From positions 160,001-224,000 of the forward strand of contig JAFATB010000019.1 of NCBI GenBank assembly GCA_019244185.1: a stretch of 64,000 bases of DNA, read 5' to 3'. Shown one piece after another: positions 10,134 through 21,482 of this stretch. Every line of letters starts with the position of its first letter. Within the stretch, counting starts at the first letter, position 1. This DNA is from Acidobacteriota bacterium. GTDB lineage: Bacteria > Acidobacteriota > Thermoanaerobaculia > Gp7-AA8. The notes beneath the pieces were generated by a model. That model saw only the letters and a program-made list of their open reading frames with translations, searched no databases and was not told the DNA's origin. The position numbers and the translations under genes were made by a program.

Positions 10134-12083
10134 TTGACCACGACCGCCGACATCCTCGAGGCGCAGAAAAAAGAGTGGAGCGTCGACGACGCGGTCTCGC
10201 TCTACATGATCGATCGCTGGGGCGCGGACTATTTCGACGTCGCGCCGAGCGGTGAGGTGACGGTTTCCCCGCTGCAGCAACGCGGCATTGCCGTGCCCAT
10301 CATCGACGTCGTCCGCGCGGCGCGGGAGACGATGAATCTCTCGACGCCGATCCTGGTGCGCTTTCAGGACCTGCTGCGCCATCGCGTGGAGATGCTCAAT
10401 CAGGCGTTCCGCAAAGCGATCCGCGAGAACAACTATCGCGGCGACTATCGCGGCGTCTTTCCCATCAAGGTCAATCAGCTGCGCGAAGTGGTCGAGGAGA
10501 TCCTCGACGCGGGCCGCCCGTTCCACCACGGCGTGGAAGTCGGCTCGAAGCCGGAGATGTTCGCCGGCCTCGCCGTCCACACCGATCCCGAGTCGATCAT
10601 CATCTGCAACGGCTACAAGGATCGCGCGTACATCCGCATGGCCCTCCTCGGGCGCAAGCTCGGCAAGAAGGTGATCCTCGTGGCGGAGAAGATCTCCGAG
10701 GTCGCCATGATCGTGAAGATCGCCGCCGAGATGGGCGTGGAGCCGTGGATCGGTCTGCGCGTGCGCCTGCTCTCGAAAGGCGCGGGCAAGTGGGCGACCT
10801 CCGGCGGCGAGCACGCGAAGTTCGGTCTCTCGACCGCCGAGATCCTGGAGGCGATGGAGATCATGCGCGAGGCGAACATGGCCTCCGCGTTCAAGCTCCT
10901 GCACTTCCACATCGGCTCGCAGATCCCCGACATCCTCACGATCAAACGCGCCGTCCGCGAGGCGGCGATGTATTACGCGAAGCTGTACAAGAGCGGCCAG
11001 AAGCTCGAGTACGTCGACGTCGGCGGCGGTCTGGCCATCGACTACGACGGCTCGCGCTCCACGTTCCACTCGTCGATGAACTACACCGTCGAGGAGTACG
11101 CGGCCGACATCGTCTACAACATCATGGACGTCTGCGACGACGAGAAGGTGCCGCATCCGGTCATCGTCTCGGAGTCCGGCCGCGCGACGGTCGCGCATCA
11201 CTCCGTGCTCGTCGTGCAGGCCTTCGCGGCGATCGAGAAGACGCCGCTCGAGTCGCGCGAGATCCGCGCGCGCGATCACAAGCTCGTGCGCGAGCTGATC
11301 GACATCGACGGCTCGCTCTCCGAGGACAACGTGCAGTCGGCGTGGCACGACCTGCAGCAGATCAAAGAGCAGGCGCAGACGATGTTCGAGCTCGGCCTGC
11401 TCGACCTCGATGTCAAAGCGAGAGTCGAGTCGCTGTACTGGGAAGTCGCCGAGCGCATGCAGAAGCTCGTGCGCACGATGGAGCCGGGCGAGGTGCCCGA
11501 GGATCTCGTGAACCTCAACATCGAGCTCGCCGATCAGCACATCTGCAACTTCTCGGTCTTCCAGTCGCTGCTCGATCACTGGGCGCTGGGCCAGCTGTTC
11601 CCGATCGTGCCCATTCATCGGCTGAACGAACGTCCGCAGCTGGAGTCGACGCTGGTCGACATCACGTGCGACTCCGACGGCAAGGTCTCGAAGTTCATCG
11701 ACCTCAACGACGTCCGCGAGACGCTCCCGCTCCACGAGATTCGCGCGGACGAGCCCTACTACCTCGGCATCTTCCTCACCGGCGCCTATCAGGACATCAT
11801 GGGCGACATCCACAATCTCTTCGGCCGCGTGAACGAGGTGCACGTGTTCCTCGATCCGGACGAAGACGCGGGCTTCTACATCGAGGAAGAGATCCCCGGC
11901 CAGCCGATCGGCGAAGTGCTCGCCATGACGCAATGGGACTGGCGCGATCTCGAGAAGCGGATGAAGCAGCAGATCGACGTCGCCATCAAACAGGATCGCG
12001 TGAAGCCGACCGAGGGCATGCGCCTGCTGCAGGATTACGAGCGCGGCCTCAAGGACCAGACGTACCTCACCTTCGATTCATAG
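10134..12083 (+). CDS. speA: Biosynthetic arginine decarboxylase
   Basis: FPIKVNQ, GSKPE, HFHIGSQ, DVGGGL, ESGR, TCDSDG and GAYQ motifs. TTG start after GGAGG. Confidence 0.96.
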   Translation: MTTTADILEAQKKEWSVDDAVSLYMIDRWGADYFDVAPSGEVTVSPLQQRGIAVPIIDVVRAARETMNLSTPILVRFQDLLRHRVEMLNQAFRKAIRENNYRGDYRGVFPIKVNQLREVVEEILDAGRPFHHGVEVGSKPEMFAGLAVHTDPESIIICNGYKDRAYIRMALLGRKLGKKVILVAEKISEVAMIVKIAAEMGVEPWIGLRVRLLSKGAGKWATSGGEHAKFGLSTAEILEAMEIMREANMASAFKLLHFHIGSQIPDILTIKRAVREAAMYYAKLYKSGQKLEYVDVGGGLAIDYDGSRSTFHSSMNYTVEEYAADIVYNIMDVCDDEKVPHPVIVSESGRATVAHHSVLVVQAFAAIEKTPLESREIRARDHKLVRELIDIDGSLSEDNVQSAWHDLQQIKEQAQTMFELGLLDLDVKARVESLYWEVAERMQKLVRTMEPGEVPEDLVNLNIELADQHICNFSVFQSLLDHWALGQLFPIVPIHRLNERPQLESTLVDITCDSDGKVSKFIDLNDVRETLPLHEIRADEPYYLGIFLTGAYQDIMGDIHNLFGRVNEVHVFLDPDEDAGFYIEEEIPGQPIGEVLAMTQWDWRDLEKRMKQQIDVAIKQDRVKPTEGMRLLQDYERGLKDQTYLTFDS

Positions 12084-12093
12084 GAGCACTATC

Positions 12094-13023
12094 ATGCGGA
12101 AGACGTTTCTCGTCACGCTGTCCCTCTTGTGCGCGTACGCCACGCACGCGTTCGCTGCGACCGAGGCGCGCCTCAGCGGCGCGATCGTCGACGCGGCCAC
12201 GAAACAACCGATCCCCGACGCGACCATCACGCTCGACGCGATGGAAGTGAAGAAGGTGCATCAGTCGTCGAAGGCGAAGAAGGACGGCTCGTACGCGATC
12301 TTCGTGCTCGACGGCACCATCCGCTACAAGTTCACCGTCGCCGCGCCCGGCTACGCGACGTTCACCGACGAAGGGAAGCTGAAGCTCGGCGAGACGACGA
12401 AGCGCGACTTCGAGCTCGTGAAAGCAGGCGACGCCGTACCCGCGTCGACAGCGGCGGCCACTCCGCCGAAGAATGAGCCGGGCGTCACGGAGTACAACGA
12501 AGGTGCGGCGCTCGCGAACGCGGGCGACATCGCCGGCGCCACCGAGAAGTTCAAAGCGGCCGTCGCCGCGAAGCCGGAGCTCTATCCCGCCTGGAGCGCG
12601 CTCGCGAAGATGCAACTGCGCCAGAGCCACTACGCCGACGCGATCGCCGCCGCGAACAAGGTCCTCGAGATCGACGACACGGACGCGGAGATGCTGTCCG
12701 TCCTCGTGCAGGCATACACGGCCACCGGCGACAAGGCCAAAGCCGCCGAAGCGCAGAAGAAGCTGCCCGCCAACGCGTCGTCGCTCTTCAACGACGCCGC
12801 GCATTTCATCAACAGCAACAACGACGCGGCCGCCGAGCCGCTGCTCAAACAGGCCATCGGCATCGATCCCAATTTCGCGCAGGCGTACTTCGAGCTGGGG
12901 ATGATCTACGCCCGCGCGAGCAAAAACGCGGAGGCGAAGCAGAATCTCGAGACGTACCTGAAGCTCGCGCCGGACGGCAAGGACGCCGCGTCCGCGAAGG
13001 AAATGCTGGGCTACCTCAAGTGA
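12094..13023 (+). CDS. Secreted carboxypeptidase-regulatory-like domain plus TPR protein
   Basis: Signal peptide; G.IVD...PIPDATITL beta-sandwich; several TPR helices. Confidence 0.85.
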   Translation: MRKTFLVTLSLLCAYATHAFAATEARLSGAIVDAATKQPIPDATITLDAMEVKKVHQSSKAKKDGSYAIFVLDGTIRYKFTVAAPGYATFTDEGKLKLGETTKRDFELVKAGDAVPASTAAATPPKNEPGVTEYNEGAALANAGDIAGATEKFKAAVAAKPELYPAWSALAKMQLRQSHYADAIAAANKVLEIDDTDAEMLSVLVQAYTATGDKAKAAEAQKKLPANASSLFNDAAHFINSNNDAAAEPLLKQAIGIDPNFAQAYFELGMIYARASKNAEAKQNLETYLKLAPDGKDAASAKEMLGYLK

Positions 13024-13057
13024 GATCGCAGGCGATTGCGGGCGTAAGCCGACCGGG

Positions 13058-13206
13058 AGCGCCTCCGGCGGGGCGGCGCGGCCGCCAGCGCTAAGGGCTT
13101 AGCCAGTACGCACGTGCGGCTGCCGTCAACGACGTTAACCGCGACCGCACGTGCGTCTAGGCTAGGCCCTTAGCTCAGGCGGCCGTACCGCCCCGCCGGA
13201 GGCGCT
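13058..13206. repeat. About 150-bp imperfect palindrome (REPIN/MITE-like) between convergent genes
   Basis: AGCGCCTCCGGCGGGGCGG...CCGCCCCGCCGGAGGCGCT outer arms with nested GCTAAGGGC/GCCCTTAGC and ACGCACGTGCGG/CCGCACGTGCGT arms. Confidence 0.8.
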
Positions 13207-15472
13207 ATCGGTCGTTCTCCAGTCGCTGCGCGTCGATCACCGCGATGGCGGCCATGTTGACGATGTCGTTCACGTCGACGCCGCGTTGCAGGACGTGAAC
13301 GGGTTTCGCGATGCCCTGGAGAATCGGCCCGATCACCTCGGCGCCGGAGAGGCGCCAGAGCAGCTTGTACGCGGCGTTCGCGGCGTCGAGGTTCGCGAAA
13401 ACCAGCACGTTCGCGTCGCCCTGGATCGCGCTCCACGGGTAGTCGGTTTGCGCGATCTCGGGAGTGACGGCGGTGTCGGCTTGCATCTCGCCTTCGACGA
13501 TGAGATCGGGGCGGCGCTTGCGCAGGATCTCGACGGCATCGCGGACTTTCTCGGCGCCCGGATCCTTCGTCGAGCCGAAGTTCGAGAACGAGATCATCGC
13601 GATGCGCGGCTCGAGGTGGAAGCGCTTCGCCGTCTCGGCGGTCTGCTCGGCGATCTCCGCGAGCGTCTCGCTGTCGGGATCGATGTTCACCGTCGTATCC
13701 GCGAGCACCAGCATGCGGTTCTTGAACATCAGGAGGTAGGCGCCGGAGACGTGGCGCACGGTCGGGCGCGTCTTCACGATCTGCAGCGCCGGTTTGATGG
13801 TGGCGGGATAGAAGGCGCGAAGGCCGGAAATCACGCCGTCCGCATCGCCGCATTCGAGCATCATCATCGCGAAGTAATTCCGGCTGTTGAGGATCTTGCG
13901 CGCGTCGGAGAGTGTGATCCCGTGGCGGCGGCGCAGCTCGTGGAAGCGCTGCACGTAGCGCGGCAGATCGGGCGCGTGATTGATGTCGATGATCGTGATC
14001 TTCGACTCCTCGACGTGATACTTCGCGAGGATCGGCAGGAGCTCCTCGCGTCGGCCGAGGAGGATCGGGAACGCCAGACCTTCATCGACGAGGATCTTCG
14101 CGGCGCGGACGATCTTCTCCTGATCGCCCTCGGGGAACACGATGCGTTTCGGATCCTGGCGCGCGCGCGAGTAGAGCTCGTGCATCAGACCGCGCGAGCG
14201 GCCGAGCATGTGCTCGAGGCGGCGGCGGTACTCGCCGTAGTCGGTGATCGGCTGCTGTGCGACACCGGTCTCCGCGGCCGCGCGCGCGACCGCGACGGGC
14301 ACGTTGAGCAGCACGCGATAGTCGAACGGCTTCGGGATCAGGTACTCGCGTCCGAAGGCGATGCCGTCCTTGCCGTACGCGCGCAGGACAGAGTCGGGGA
14401 CGTCTTCCTTCGCCAGCTCGGCGAGCGCGCGCGACGCGGCGAGCTTCATCTCGTCGTTGATCGTCGTGGCGCGGCAGTCGAGCGCGCCGCGGAAGATGAA
14501 TGGAAACCCAAGGACATTGTTGACCTGGTTCGGGTAGTCGGAGCGGCCCGTGGCCATGATCACGTCGGGGCGCGCGGAGACGGCCTCGTCGTAGCCGATC
14601 TCCGGAGTCGGGTTCGCCATCGCGAACACGATCGGATCGTTCGCCATCGAGCGGATCATGTCCTGCGTCACGATCCCGCCGGCGGAGAGGCCGATGAAGA
14701 CGTCGGAGCCTTTGAACGCGTCGGCGAGCGTGCGGCGATCCGTCTCGACCGCGAACTCCTCCTTGTACGCCGTCATGTCTTCCGTCCGGCCTTTGTAGAT
14801 GATGCCGTGGCGGTCGACGAGCAAGGCGTTTTCCTTCCGCAGACCGAGCTTCACGTAGAGGCGCAGGCACGCCATCGCCGCGGCGCCCGCGCCGGAGATC
14901 ACCATCTTCACATCTTCGATCTTCTTGCCGGCCACTTCGAGCGCGTTGATCAGCGCGGCGGCGGAGATGATCGCGGTGCCGTGCTGGTCGTCGTGGAAGA
15001 CGGGGATGTTCATCTCCGCCTTCAGCCGCTCCTCGATCTCGAAGCACTCCGGCGCGGCGATGTCCTCGAGGTTGATCCCGCCGAACGTCGGCTCGAGCAG
15101 TTTCACCGCGCGAATGAACTCCTCGGTATCGCGCGTGTCGAGCTCGAGATCGAACACGTCGATGTCGGCGAAGCGCTTGAAGAGCACGCCTTTGCCTTCC
15201 ATCACCGGCTTGCCGGCGGCGGCGCCGATGTTCCCGAGTCCGAGGACAGCGGTGCCGTTCGTGATCACGGCGACGAGATTGCCTTTCGCGGTGTACTTGT
15301 AGACGTCCGCGGGATTCGCGGCGATGTCGAGGCAGGGAGCGGCGACGCCGGGCGTATAGGCGAGCGAGAGGTCGCGTTGCGTGGCGGTCGGCTTCGACGG
15401 CACCACCTCGATCTTTCCGGGACGTCCGCTCGCATGGTAGTCGAGGGCTTCGTCGCGGCTGTTGTCCGGCAT
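13205..15472 (-). CDS. maeB: NADP-dependent malic enzyme with PTA domain
   Basis: [26 protein letters not shown] and TGRSDYPNQ motifs; C-terminal GEMQAD PTA-like domain. Confidence 0.97.
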   Translation of the reverse strand: MPDNSRDEALDYHASGRPGKIEVVPSKPTATQRDLSLAYTPGVAAPCLDIAANPADVYKYTAKGNLVAVITNGTAVLGLGNIGAAAGKPVMEGKGVLFKRFADIDVFDLELDTRDTEEFIRAVKLLEPTFGGINLEDIAAPECFEIEERLKAEMNIPVFHDDQHGTAIISAAALINALEVAGKKIEDVKMVISGAGAAAMACLRLYVKLGLRKENALLVDRHGIIYKGRTEDMTAYKEEFAVETDRRTLADAFKGSDVFIGLSAGGIVTQDMIRSMANDPIVFAMANPTPEIGYDEAVSARPDVIMATGRSDYPNQVNNVLGFPFIFRGALDCRATTINDEMKLAASRALAELAKEDVPDSVLRAYGKDGIAFGREYLIPKPFDYRVLLNVPVAVARAAAETGVAQQPITDYGEYRRRLEHMLGRSRGLMHELYSRARQDPKRIVFPEGDQEKIVRAAKILVDEGLAFPILLGRREELLPILAKYHVEESKITIIDINHAPDLPRYVQRFHELRRRHGITLSDARKILNSRNYFAMMMLECGDADGVISGLRAFYPATIKPALQIVKTRPTVRHVSGAYLLMFKNRMLVLADTTVNIDPDSETLAEIAEQTAETAKRFHLEPRIAMISFSNFGSTKDPGAEKVRDAVEILRKRRPDLIVEGEMQADTAVTPEIAQTDYPWSAIQGDANVLVFANLDAANAAYKLLWRLSGAEVIGPILQGIAKPVHVLQRGVDVNDIVNMAAIAVIDAQRLENDR

Positions 15473-15513
15473 GGCGTCTCCTTCGGCGCGGAGTGTATCT
15501 GAAGGCGAAACGA

Positions 15514-15539
15514 GAACGGCGGCCCGAAGGCCGCCGTTC
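15514..15539 (-). terminator. Probable intrinsic terminator after secF
   Basis: 11-bp stem GAACGGCGGCC with a UUCG loop on the minus strand; weak U tail. Confidence 0.65.
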
Positions 15540-15563
15540 GTGTGGGGAGGGCTGTGGAGTTCG

Positions 15564-16763
15564 TCAGCTCGCCTTGCGCTTGCGCGCGGCGGGCTCGATG
15601 CGCGTCGGCTCGGGACGCACCGGCGCGGCAGCGGCGCGCTTCGACGTCCAGCGATCGAGGCCGACCGCGACGGCGGGAACGATGAGCAGCGTCGAGTACG
15701 TACCGGAGATGACGCCCATGAGCAGGATCCAGGCGAAGCCGCGGATGACGTCGCCGCCGAAGGCGATCAGCGCGACCAGGACGAGGAACACGGAGCCGCT
15801 GGTGAGGATCGTTCGCGACAGCGTCTGGTTGATGGCCAGGTCGAGGTGCTCGGCGAGCGGCATCGGCTTCTTGATCTTGCGCTTGTTCTCGCGCACGCGG
15901 TCGTACATGACCACCGTGTCGTTGATCGAGTAGCCGACGATCATGAGCAACGCGGCCACGATGTTCAGCGAGAACTCGAGGCGCATGAAGAGCATGAACG
16001 AGAGCGCGATGGCGACGTCGTGGATGATGCAGGCGACGGCGCCGAGGCCGAAGGTGAGGTCGGCGAAACGGAACCAGATGTAGAGACCCATCGCCAGCGA
16101 CGAGAGGATGATCGCAATGAGCGCCTTCCGCTGCAGCTCGCTGCCGACCTGCGGACCGACCGTTTCCTGATTGAGGATGTTGAACGCGCCGGCGAACGTC
16201 TTCTCATTGAGGACGCGCGCGTCGTTCGCGGTGATGCCCGCGGTGCTCGTGGCGTCCTGCAGCGTCTTGAAGATGCCGATCGACGAGCGCTTCTCGATGA
16301 CCTTCCGCGCGAGCTGATCGTAGTACGCGACCGCGGCGGGGTTCGTGCCGCGGTTGTCCGGATCGAGCTGCTTGAAGAGGCCGGAGAGGCGATCGGCGCC
16401 GTAGTAGTTGAGGTCGAGCTTCGAGGCCGCTTCCGGATTCATGTCGCGGTGCAGGCTCTCGGTGATCTGGCCGGCGTAGTCGGTCTCGCGCTTCTGCTCG
16501 GGGAGGCGGATGAGCAGCGCGCGGTTGTCGGGCGTGCCGTACTGCTGGATCGTGGCGTCGGGGAAGCGTCCGCGGAGCTGCGCGATCGGCGGCGCGTCCT
16601 TGAACTTGAGCGTGATCGCGGCGCCGCCGGCGAAGTCGATGCCCCAGTTCACGCCCCAGATGAAGTAGGCGACGATGCCGGCCAGGACGAACACCGCGGA
16701 GACCGCGACGCCCTTCCAGCGGTGCTTGACGAACTTGTAGTCGGGATTGACGAAAATCTGCAT
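15564..16763 (-). CDS. secF: Protein translocase subunit SecF
   Basis: [26 protein letters not shown] and TLSRTILT motifs. Confidence 0.97.
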   Translation of the reverse strand: MQIFVNPDYKFVKHRWKGVAVSAVFVLAGIVAYFIWGVNWGIDFAGGAAITLKFKDAPPIAQLRGRFPDATIQQYGTPDNRALLIRLPEQKRETDYAGQITESLHRDMNPEAASKLDLNYYGADRLSGLFKQLDPDNRGTNPAAVAYYDQLARKVIEKRSSIGIFKTLQDATSTAGITANDARVLNEKTFAGAFNILNQETVGPQVGSELQRKALIAIILSSLAMGLYIWFRFADLTFGLGAVACIIHDVAIALSFMLFMRLEFSLNIVAALLMIVGYSINDTVVMYDRVRENKRKIKKPMPLAEHLDLAINQTLSRTILTSGSVFLVLVALIAFGGDVIRGFAWILLMGVISGTYSTLLIVPAVAVGLDRWTSKRAAAAPVRPEPTRIEPAARKRKAS

Positions 16764-16781
16764 GGTGGTCTCCTCGTCCGC

Positions 16782-18347
16782 TTAGATGCTGATCTCGCGC
16801 GGACGATCGGTCGGCTTGTAGACGATGTCGAAGATCATGCGCGACACAAAGAACGCCGTGAACACCGACGCGCCGAGGCCGATGAGCAGCGTCACCGCGA
16901 AGCCTTTGATCGGACCGGTGCCGAACTGGAAGAGGAACAGCGCCGAGATGATCGTGGTGAGGTGCGTGTCGATGATGGTCGCGAACGCGCGCGAGAAGCC
17001 CTGATCGATCGCGGCGCGCACGGTCTTCCCTTCGCGCAGCTCTTCGCGGATGCGCTCGAAGACGAGCACGTTCGTGTCGACGGCCATGCCCAGCGTCAGG
17101 ATGATGCCGGCGATGCCGGGCAGCGTGAGCGTCGCTTTGAAGTACGCCATCATGCCGAGGAGGATGACGAGGTTGAGCAGCAGCGCGAGCACCGCGTTGA
17201 TGCCGGCGCCGCGGTAGTAGACGATGATCGCGGCGATCAGGATCAGGAAGCCGATGACCGATGCGGTCACGCCCTGACGGATCGAGTCGCGTCCGAGCGA
17301 GGGGCCGACGGTGCGCTCTTCGAGCGTCGTGAGCGACGCGGGGAGCGAGCCGCTGCGCAGGACGAGCGCGAGATCGCTGGCCTGCTGGGTCGTGAAGCTG
17401 CCTTCGATCACGCCGCTGTCGGTGATCTGGCTGTGGATGACCGGCGCGGAGACGACCTTGTTGTCGAGCACGATCGCGAGCTTGCGCCCGACGTGCGTGC
17501 CGGTGAGGTTGCCGAACTTCGGAGCGCCTTCCGGCGTGAGCGTGAAGCCGATGACCGGCGCGCCGACCTGGCCCTTCTGCACGCGCGCGTTCTTGAGATC
17601 GCGGCCGCTGACGGGAACTTCCTTGTGCACGGCGTAGAACTCGGTGCCGACGACGCGTCCGAGCTCGTCCTCGCGGCTGCCCGGCAGGATGTCGACGTCC
17701 GCGCGGACGTTCGCCGGCAGCGCGTCGTACACCGCCTGCGCGGTTGCCTGCGCCTCGCCTTCGACGATGCGGAACTGCAGCTGCGCCGTCGTGCGGATGA
17801 TGTCCTTCACGCGCGCCGGATCATCGACGCCCGGCAGCTGAATGACGATGCGGTCCTCGCCCTCGGGGACGATGATCGGCTCGGTCACGCCGAGGGCGTT
17901 GACGCGGCGGTCGATCGCCTCGACGGCCTGCTGCACGGTGTCGTGCTGGAGCGTCGCCGCGGTCTGCGGCTTGAGGTGGAAGCGGAGGCCGTCGGCCGCG
18001 CGCGAGACTTCGAACGCGGGCAGGAAATCGTGGCCGATGCGCTCGTAGTCCGCGGTGCCGACACCCGCGGCGGTCGTGGCCACGAACGTCGTGTCGTCGA
18101 GACGGCGCGTGGTCGGAACCGGCAGGTTCTGCGACGAGGCCTGGCTCTTGAGCGAGTTCATCGCCTGGTCGGTTTCGAGACGCAGCGCCTCGTTGACGTT
18201 GACGCGCATCACCAGGTGGATGCCGCCTTTGAGATCGAGGCCGCGTCGAATCGGCTCAGGGTTGTCCTTCGTCGGGATGATGGCGACCGTGAACACCACC
18301 AGCACGGCGAGGATCAACACGATTTTCCAAAGCACAGTTCTATTCAA
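16782..18347 (-). CDS. secD: Protein translocase subunit SecD
   Basis: GLDLKGG, GVTEP, VGPSLG, TLPGIAG and GMAVD..VLVFERIREE motifs. Confidence 0.97.
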   Translation of the reverse strand: MNRTVLWKIVLILAVLVVFTVAIIPTKDNPEPIRRGLDLKGGIHLVMRVNVNEALRLETDQAMNSLKSQASSQNLPVPTTRRLDDTTFVATTAAGVGTADYERIGHDFLPAFEVSRAADGLRFHLKPQTAATLQHDTVQQAVEAIDRRVNALGVTEPIIVPEGEDRIVIQLPGVDDPARVKDIIRTTAQLQFRIVEGEAQATAQAVYDALPANVRADVDILPGSREDELGRVVGTEFYAVHKEVPVSGRDLKNARVQKGQVGAPVIGFTLTPEGAPKFGNLTGTHVGRKLAIVLDNKVVSAPVIHSQITDSGVIEGSFTTQQASDLALVLRSGSLPASLTTLEERTVGPSLGRDSIRQGVTASVIGFLILIAAIIVYYRGAGINAVLALLLNLVILLGMMAYFKATLTLPGIAGIILTLGMAVDTNVLVFERIREELREGKTVRAAIDQGFSRAFATIIDTHLTTIISALFLFQFGTGPIKGFAVTLLIGLGASVFTAFFVSRMIFDIVYKPTDRPREISI

Positions 18348-18684
18348 GGTTTCCTCCGGACCGCGGCACGCTCACCGCCGATTCGTCTCCGGTCACGACA
18401 CCGGACACGGCAGTGCGCGCCAACTTGACTTTGACGTTGTCGGCGATCTTCAGATAGACGACGTCGGGCTCAACACCCTGGACCGTCCCGTAAATCCCGC
18501 CGGTGGTGACCACGCGATCACCCTTCTTCAGGGCGCCGATCATTTCCTGCGTCTTCCGCCGCTGCTTGTTTGCGGGCGCGATGACGAGGAAGTAGAAGAC
18601 GAGGCCGATGGCGATGATCGGCAGAAACTGCACGATCGCCGCGGCGCCGCCGGCGGTGCTTTGGAGCAGAGCTATCGCATTCAT
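18340..18684 (-). CDS. yajC: Preprotein translocase subunit YajC
   Basis: FYFL..P, LKKGDRVVTTGGIYG; tgt-yajC-secD-secF synteny. Confidence 0.96.
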   Translation of the reverse strand: MNAIALLQSTAGGAAAIVQFLPIIAIGLVFYFLVIAPANKQRRKTQEMIGALKKGDRVVTTGGIYGTVQGVEPDVVYLKIADNVKVKLARTAVSGVVTGDESAVSVPRSGGNLE

Positions 18685-18704
18685 GGATGTTCTCTTTTCG
18701 CCGG

Positions 18705-19829
18705 CTACGCGTCTTTTCCGCCGCTGGCGTACCTCGAGAGGAATGCTTCGCGGAAAGACCCGAAGGAATTGGACGCAACAGCCTGCCGGATGTCCTTCAT
18801 CAAGTCAAGGTAAAACGAGATGTTGTGGATCGTGTTGTAGACCGCGGCGGCGATCTCGTCGTTCGTGTAGAGGTGCCGCAGATACGCGCGCGAAACGGTC
18901 GTGCAGGTGATGCAGGAGCATCGCGGATCGAGCGGCCGGTCGTCCGCGGCGAAGCGCGCGTTCTTGATGGCGACCTTGCCGAAGCTTGTGAAGAGCGTGC
19001 CGTTGCGCGCGTTCCGCGTCGGCATCACGCAGTCGAACATGTCGATGCCCGCCGTGACGCCGTTGACGAGATCTTCCGGCGTACCGACGCCCATCAGATA
19101 CCGCGGCTTGTCCGCCGGCAGCAGCGGCGCCGTGAAGTTCACGACGTCGAACATCTCTTCTTTCGGCTCGCCGACCGAGACGCCGCCGATGGCGACGCCG
19201 TCGAAGTCGATCGCGCCGATCTCTTCGACGCTGCGCTTGCGCAGGTCGAGATGAATGCCGCCCTGCACGATGCCGAAGAGCGCCGACGCGCCGGTACGCG
19301 CCGCGAGCGAACGCCGCGCCCACCGGTGCGTGAGCAGCATCGACTTCTCGATCTCCGCGTGCGAGAGGCCGTAGGCGGGACACTCGTCGAAGGCCATGGC
19401 GATGTCGACGCCCATGCGCGTCTGGATGCCGACCGATGTCTCCGGCGAGAGAAAGTACGCCGCGCCGTCGATGTGGCTGCGGAACTCGACGCCTTCCTCG
19501 CGAATCTTGCGGATCGCCGCGAGCGAGAAGAGCTGAAAGCCGCCGGAGTCGGAGAGCACCGCCCCGTTCCAGCCCATGAACTTGTGCACGCCGCCGAGCT
19601 TTTCGAGCAGGTCGATGCCCGGTCGCAGCATGAGGTGGTACGTGTTGTTGAGGATGATCTGCGGCCCGAGTCGCGCGAGCTGCTCGGTAGTCAAGCTCTT
19701 GACCGACGCCATCGTGCCGACCGGCATGAAGACCGGCGTGTCGATGACGCCGTGCCGCGTCGTCAGCTGCCCGCGACGCGCCGCGCCGTCGGTCGCGGTG
19801 ACGTGAAACTCGATGCGCGAATCCGCCAC
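18705..19829 (-). CDS. tgt: tRNA-guanine transglycosylase
   Basis: TPVFMPVGT, DSGGFQ, GIVQGG, DMFDCV and CxCxxC...HN motifs. Confidence 0.98.
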   Translation of the reverse strand: MADSRIEFHVTATDGAARRGQLTTRHGVIDTPVFMPVGTMASVKSLTTEQLARLGPQIILNNTYHLMLRPGIDLLEKLGGVHKFMGWNGAVLSDSGGFQLFSLAAIRKIREEGVEFRSHIDGAAYFLSPETSVGIQTRMGVDIAMAFDECPAYGLSHAEIEKSMLLTHRWARRSLAARTGASALFGIVQGGIHLDLRKRSVEEIGAIDFDGVAIGGVSVGEPKEEMFDVVNFTAPLLPADKPRYLMGVGTPEDLVNGVTAGIDMFDCVMPTRNARNGTLFTSFGKVAIKNARFAADDRPLDPRCSCITCTTVSRAYLRHLYTNDEIAAAVYNTIHNISFYLDLMKDIRQAVASNSFGSFREAFLSRYASGGKDA

Positions 19830-19833
19830 GGCG

Positions 19834-20508
19834 CTACTGCAGTTTCATCTGCTCCACTTTCACTCCCGCGGGCAACTGCAGGGCGAAGCGGCTGGCCGGA
19901 ACCGGCTGGTTGATGCGGATGTTGGTGAACTCGTAGCGGGTGACGTCGCCGTCGCCCTCGACGTATTCGACCTTCGAGGTGAGGTACGTCTTCTTGTCGA
20001 TCCACAGCTTGATGTGGCGCACGCGCTTCGAGACCGCGCGCGTCTTCGGCGCGAGGTCGAGCACGTACACCGGCAGCTTCGGCGAGTCGCTGAACGTGAA
20101 GTCGAAGTAGCGTCCGAGCTCGTCGATCGCACCGGAGGCGCCCATGTATTTGAAGATGCGATCCTCGAAGCGCTTGACGTCGATGCGCTCGGCCTTGTTG
20201 AGGTCGGGGTAGTACGTCGTGAGCGTGCCGCCGGCGATCACCATCTGCACGCGCTTCGGCGCCGCGTAGGTCCACAGCACGTTGTTCGGCTTCGAGTAGA
20301 CGAACGTCCCGTTCGACACCTCGGGCTTCGCGAGGAGCGCCAGCTCTTTTTCCTGACGGAAGTCCGCCTGGAGCGTGGAGGTGTTCTTCTGCTGTTCCTG
20401 AACTTTCTTGATGACGCTGTCGAGCGTCACGGGAGCAGCGGCGGCGATGATGGGCAGCGTCGCGAGAGCGGCCGCGCGGAGCGCCGCGTGGATCGTGCGT
20501 TTGACCAT
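19834..20508 (-). CDS. lolA: Outer-membrane lipoprotein carrier LolA family
   Basis: Signal peptide; TLQADFRQ...GTF.YSKP...W.Y..P pattern. Confidence 0.8.
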   Translation of the reverse strand: MVKRTIHAALRAAALATLPIIAAAAPVTLDSVIKKVQEQQKNTSTLQADFRQEKELALLAKPEVSNGTFVYSKPNNVLWTYAAPKRVQMVIAGGTLTTYYPDLNKAERIDVKRFEDRIFKYMGASGAIDELGRYFDFTFSDSPKLPVYVLDLAPKTRAVSKRVRHIKLWIDKKTYLTSKVEYVEGDGDVTRYEFTNIRINQPVPASRFALQLPAGVKVEQMKLQ

Positions 20509-20574
20509 GCGGCGCTCAACCCCGCCGGAGGGGGTGAAATTTCCCTGTATACTGAGGCGACCGCGAGGTTATTT

Positions 20575-21396
20575 ATGAAAAAATCGCTGTGTGCCGCAGT
20601 GCTCGCGTGGATCGCTCTGCCGGTCTTCGGCGCGATCCAGTACGACTTCCTCCAGAAGAGCAGCATGGACGACTCGGCCGTCCCCGCGGCCGACCTCACG
20701 GCACGCGCCCTCATCGACGGCCGCCGCTCCCGCGTCGACTTCCTCTCCGGCAACACGTATCCGCCGGGAACCTACGTCGTCTCGAAGGACGCGCGCCGCC
20801 TGTTCTTCGTCGATCCGCTCAACAAGTGGTACACCGAGTTCAACACAGACAGCGTCGCCAGCGCCATCGGCGCGAGCAGCCTGAAGATCGAGAACCAGAA
20901 GATCTCCGTCGAGACCCTGCCGGACGAGCTGGTCGTCGCCGGCATCAAGACCGAGCACGTGCAGGTGACGCTCACGTACGACATCACTCTCGACGTCCGC
21001 ACCATGTCGCTCAAGCAGCGCGTGCGCACCGTGATCGACAACTGGACCACGCCGCAGTTCGGCGACATCATGCAGGCCGCCTTCACGAACAGCGCGCGCA
21101 CCGGCAACGCCGCCATCGACAGCCTCATCGAAGCGGAGATGTCGAAGGTGCACGGCTTTCCGATGCGGCAGGTGGTGACGGTGCGGTCGCAGATCGATCT
21201 GCCGCACATCGAGTCGCAGCTCAAGCTGCCGGCCACGCGCACGGTCGTGCACGAGACGAGCGTCACCGCCGTGCACGAGCTCGACGCCGATCCGGCGCTG
21301 TTCAACGTGCCGGCCGGCTATCGTCGCGCGGACGCGCCGGACCTGCCGAAGTCCGCGACCCAGGTGCTGCAGTTCGAGCCGTCGACGCCGAAGTGA
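20575..21396 (+). CDS. Secreted hypothetical protein (DUF4412-like)
   Basis: ATG at 20575 after a TATACT -10 element; signal peptide; GFPMR and C-terminal F.VPAGY. Confidence 0.7.
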   Translation: MKKSLCAAVLAWIALPVFGAIQYDFLQKSSMDDSAVPAADLTARALIDGRRSRVDFLSGNTYPPGTYVVSKDARRLFFVDPLNKWYTEFNTDSVASAIGASSLKIENQKISVETLPDELVVAGIKTEHVQVTLTYDITLDVRTMSLKQRVRTVIDNWTTPQFGDIMQAAFTNSARTGNAAIDSLIEAEMSKVHGFPMRQVVTVRSQIDLPHIESQLKLPATRTVVHETSVTAVHELDADPALFNVPAGYRRADAPDLPKSATQVLQFEPSTPK

Positions 21397-21482
21397 CGCG
21401 GCCTCGCGTGTTAGTATCGTTCCCGGAAGCGTTCCCAGCGGTTCGTTCGTCGTAACGAAGCGTCCAGTGGTTCCCAGTAGTC

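Noticed and set aside
10134-12083. Functional link between core speA and the island ureohydrolase (agmatine pathway)
   Set aside because: About 40 kb apart in different compartments; proximity is incidental.
15462-18428. 988-aa plus-strand ORF and similar long antisense ORFs (for example 13286-15502, 10101-11933, 5903-7696)
   Set aside because: Shadow frames of well-supported genes in high-GC DNA; no recognisable motifs.
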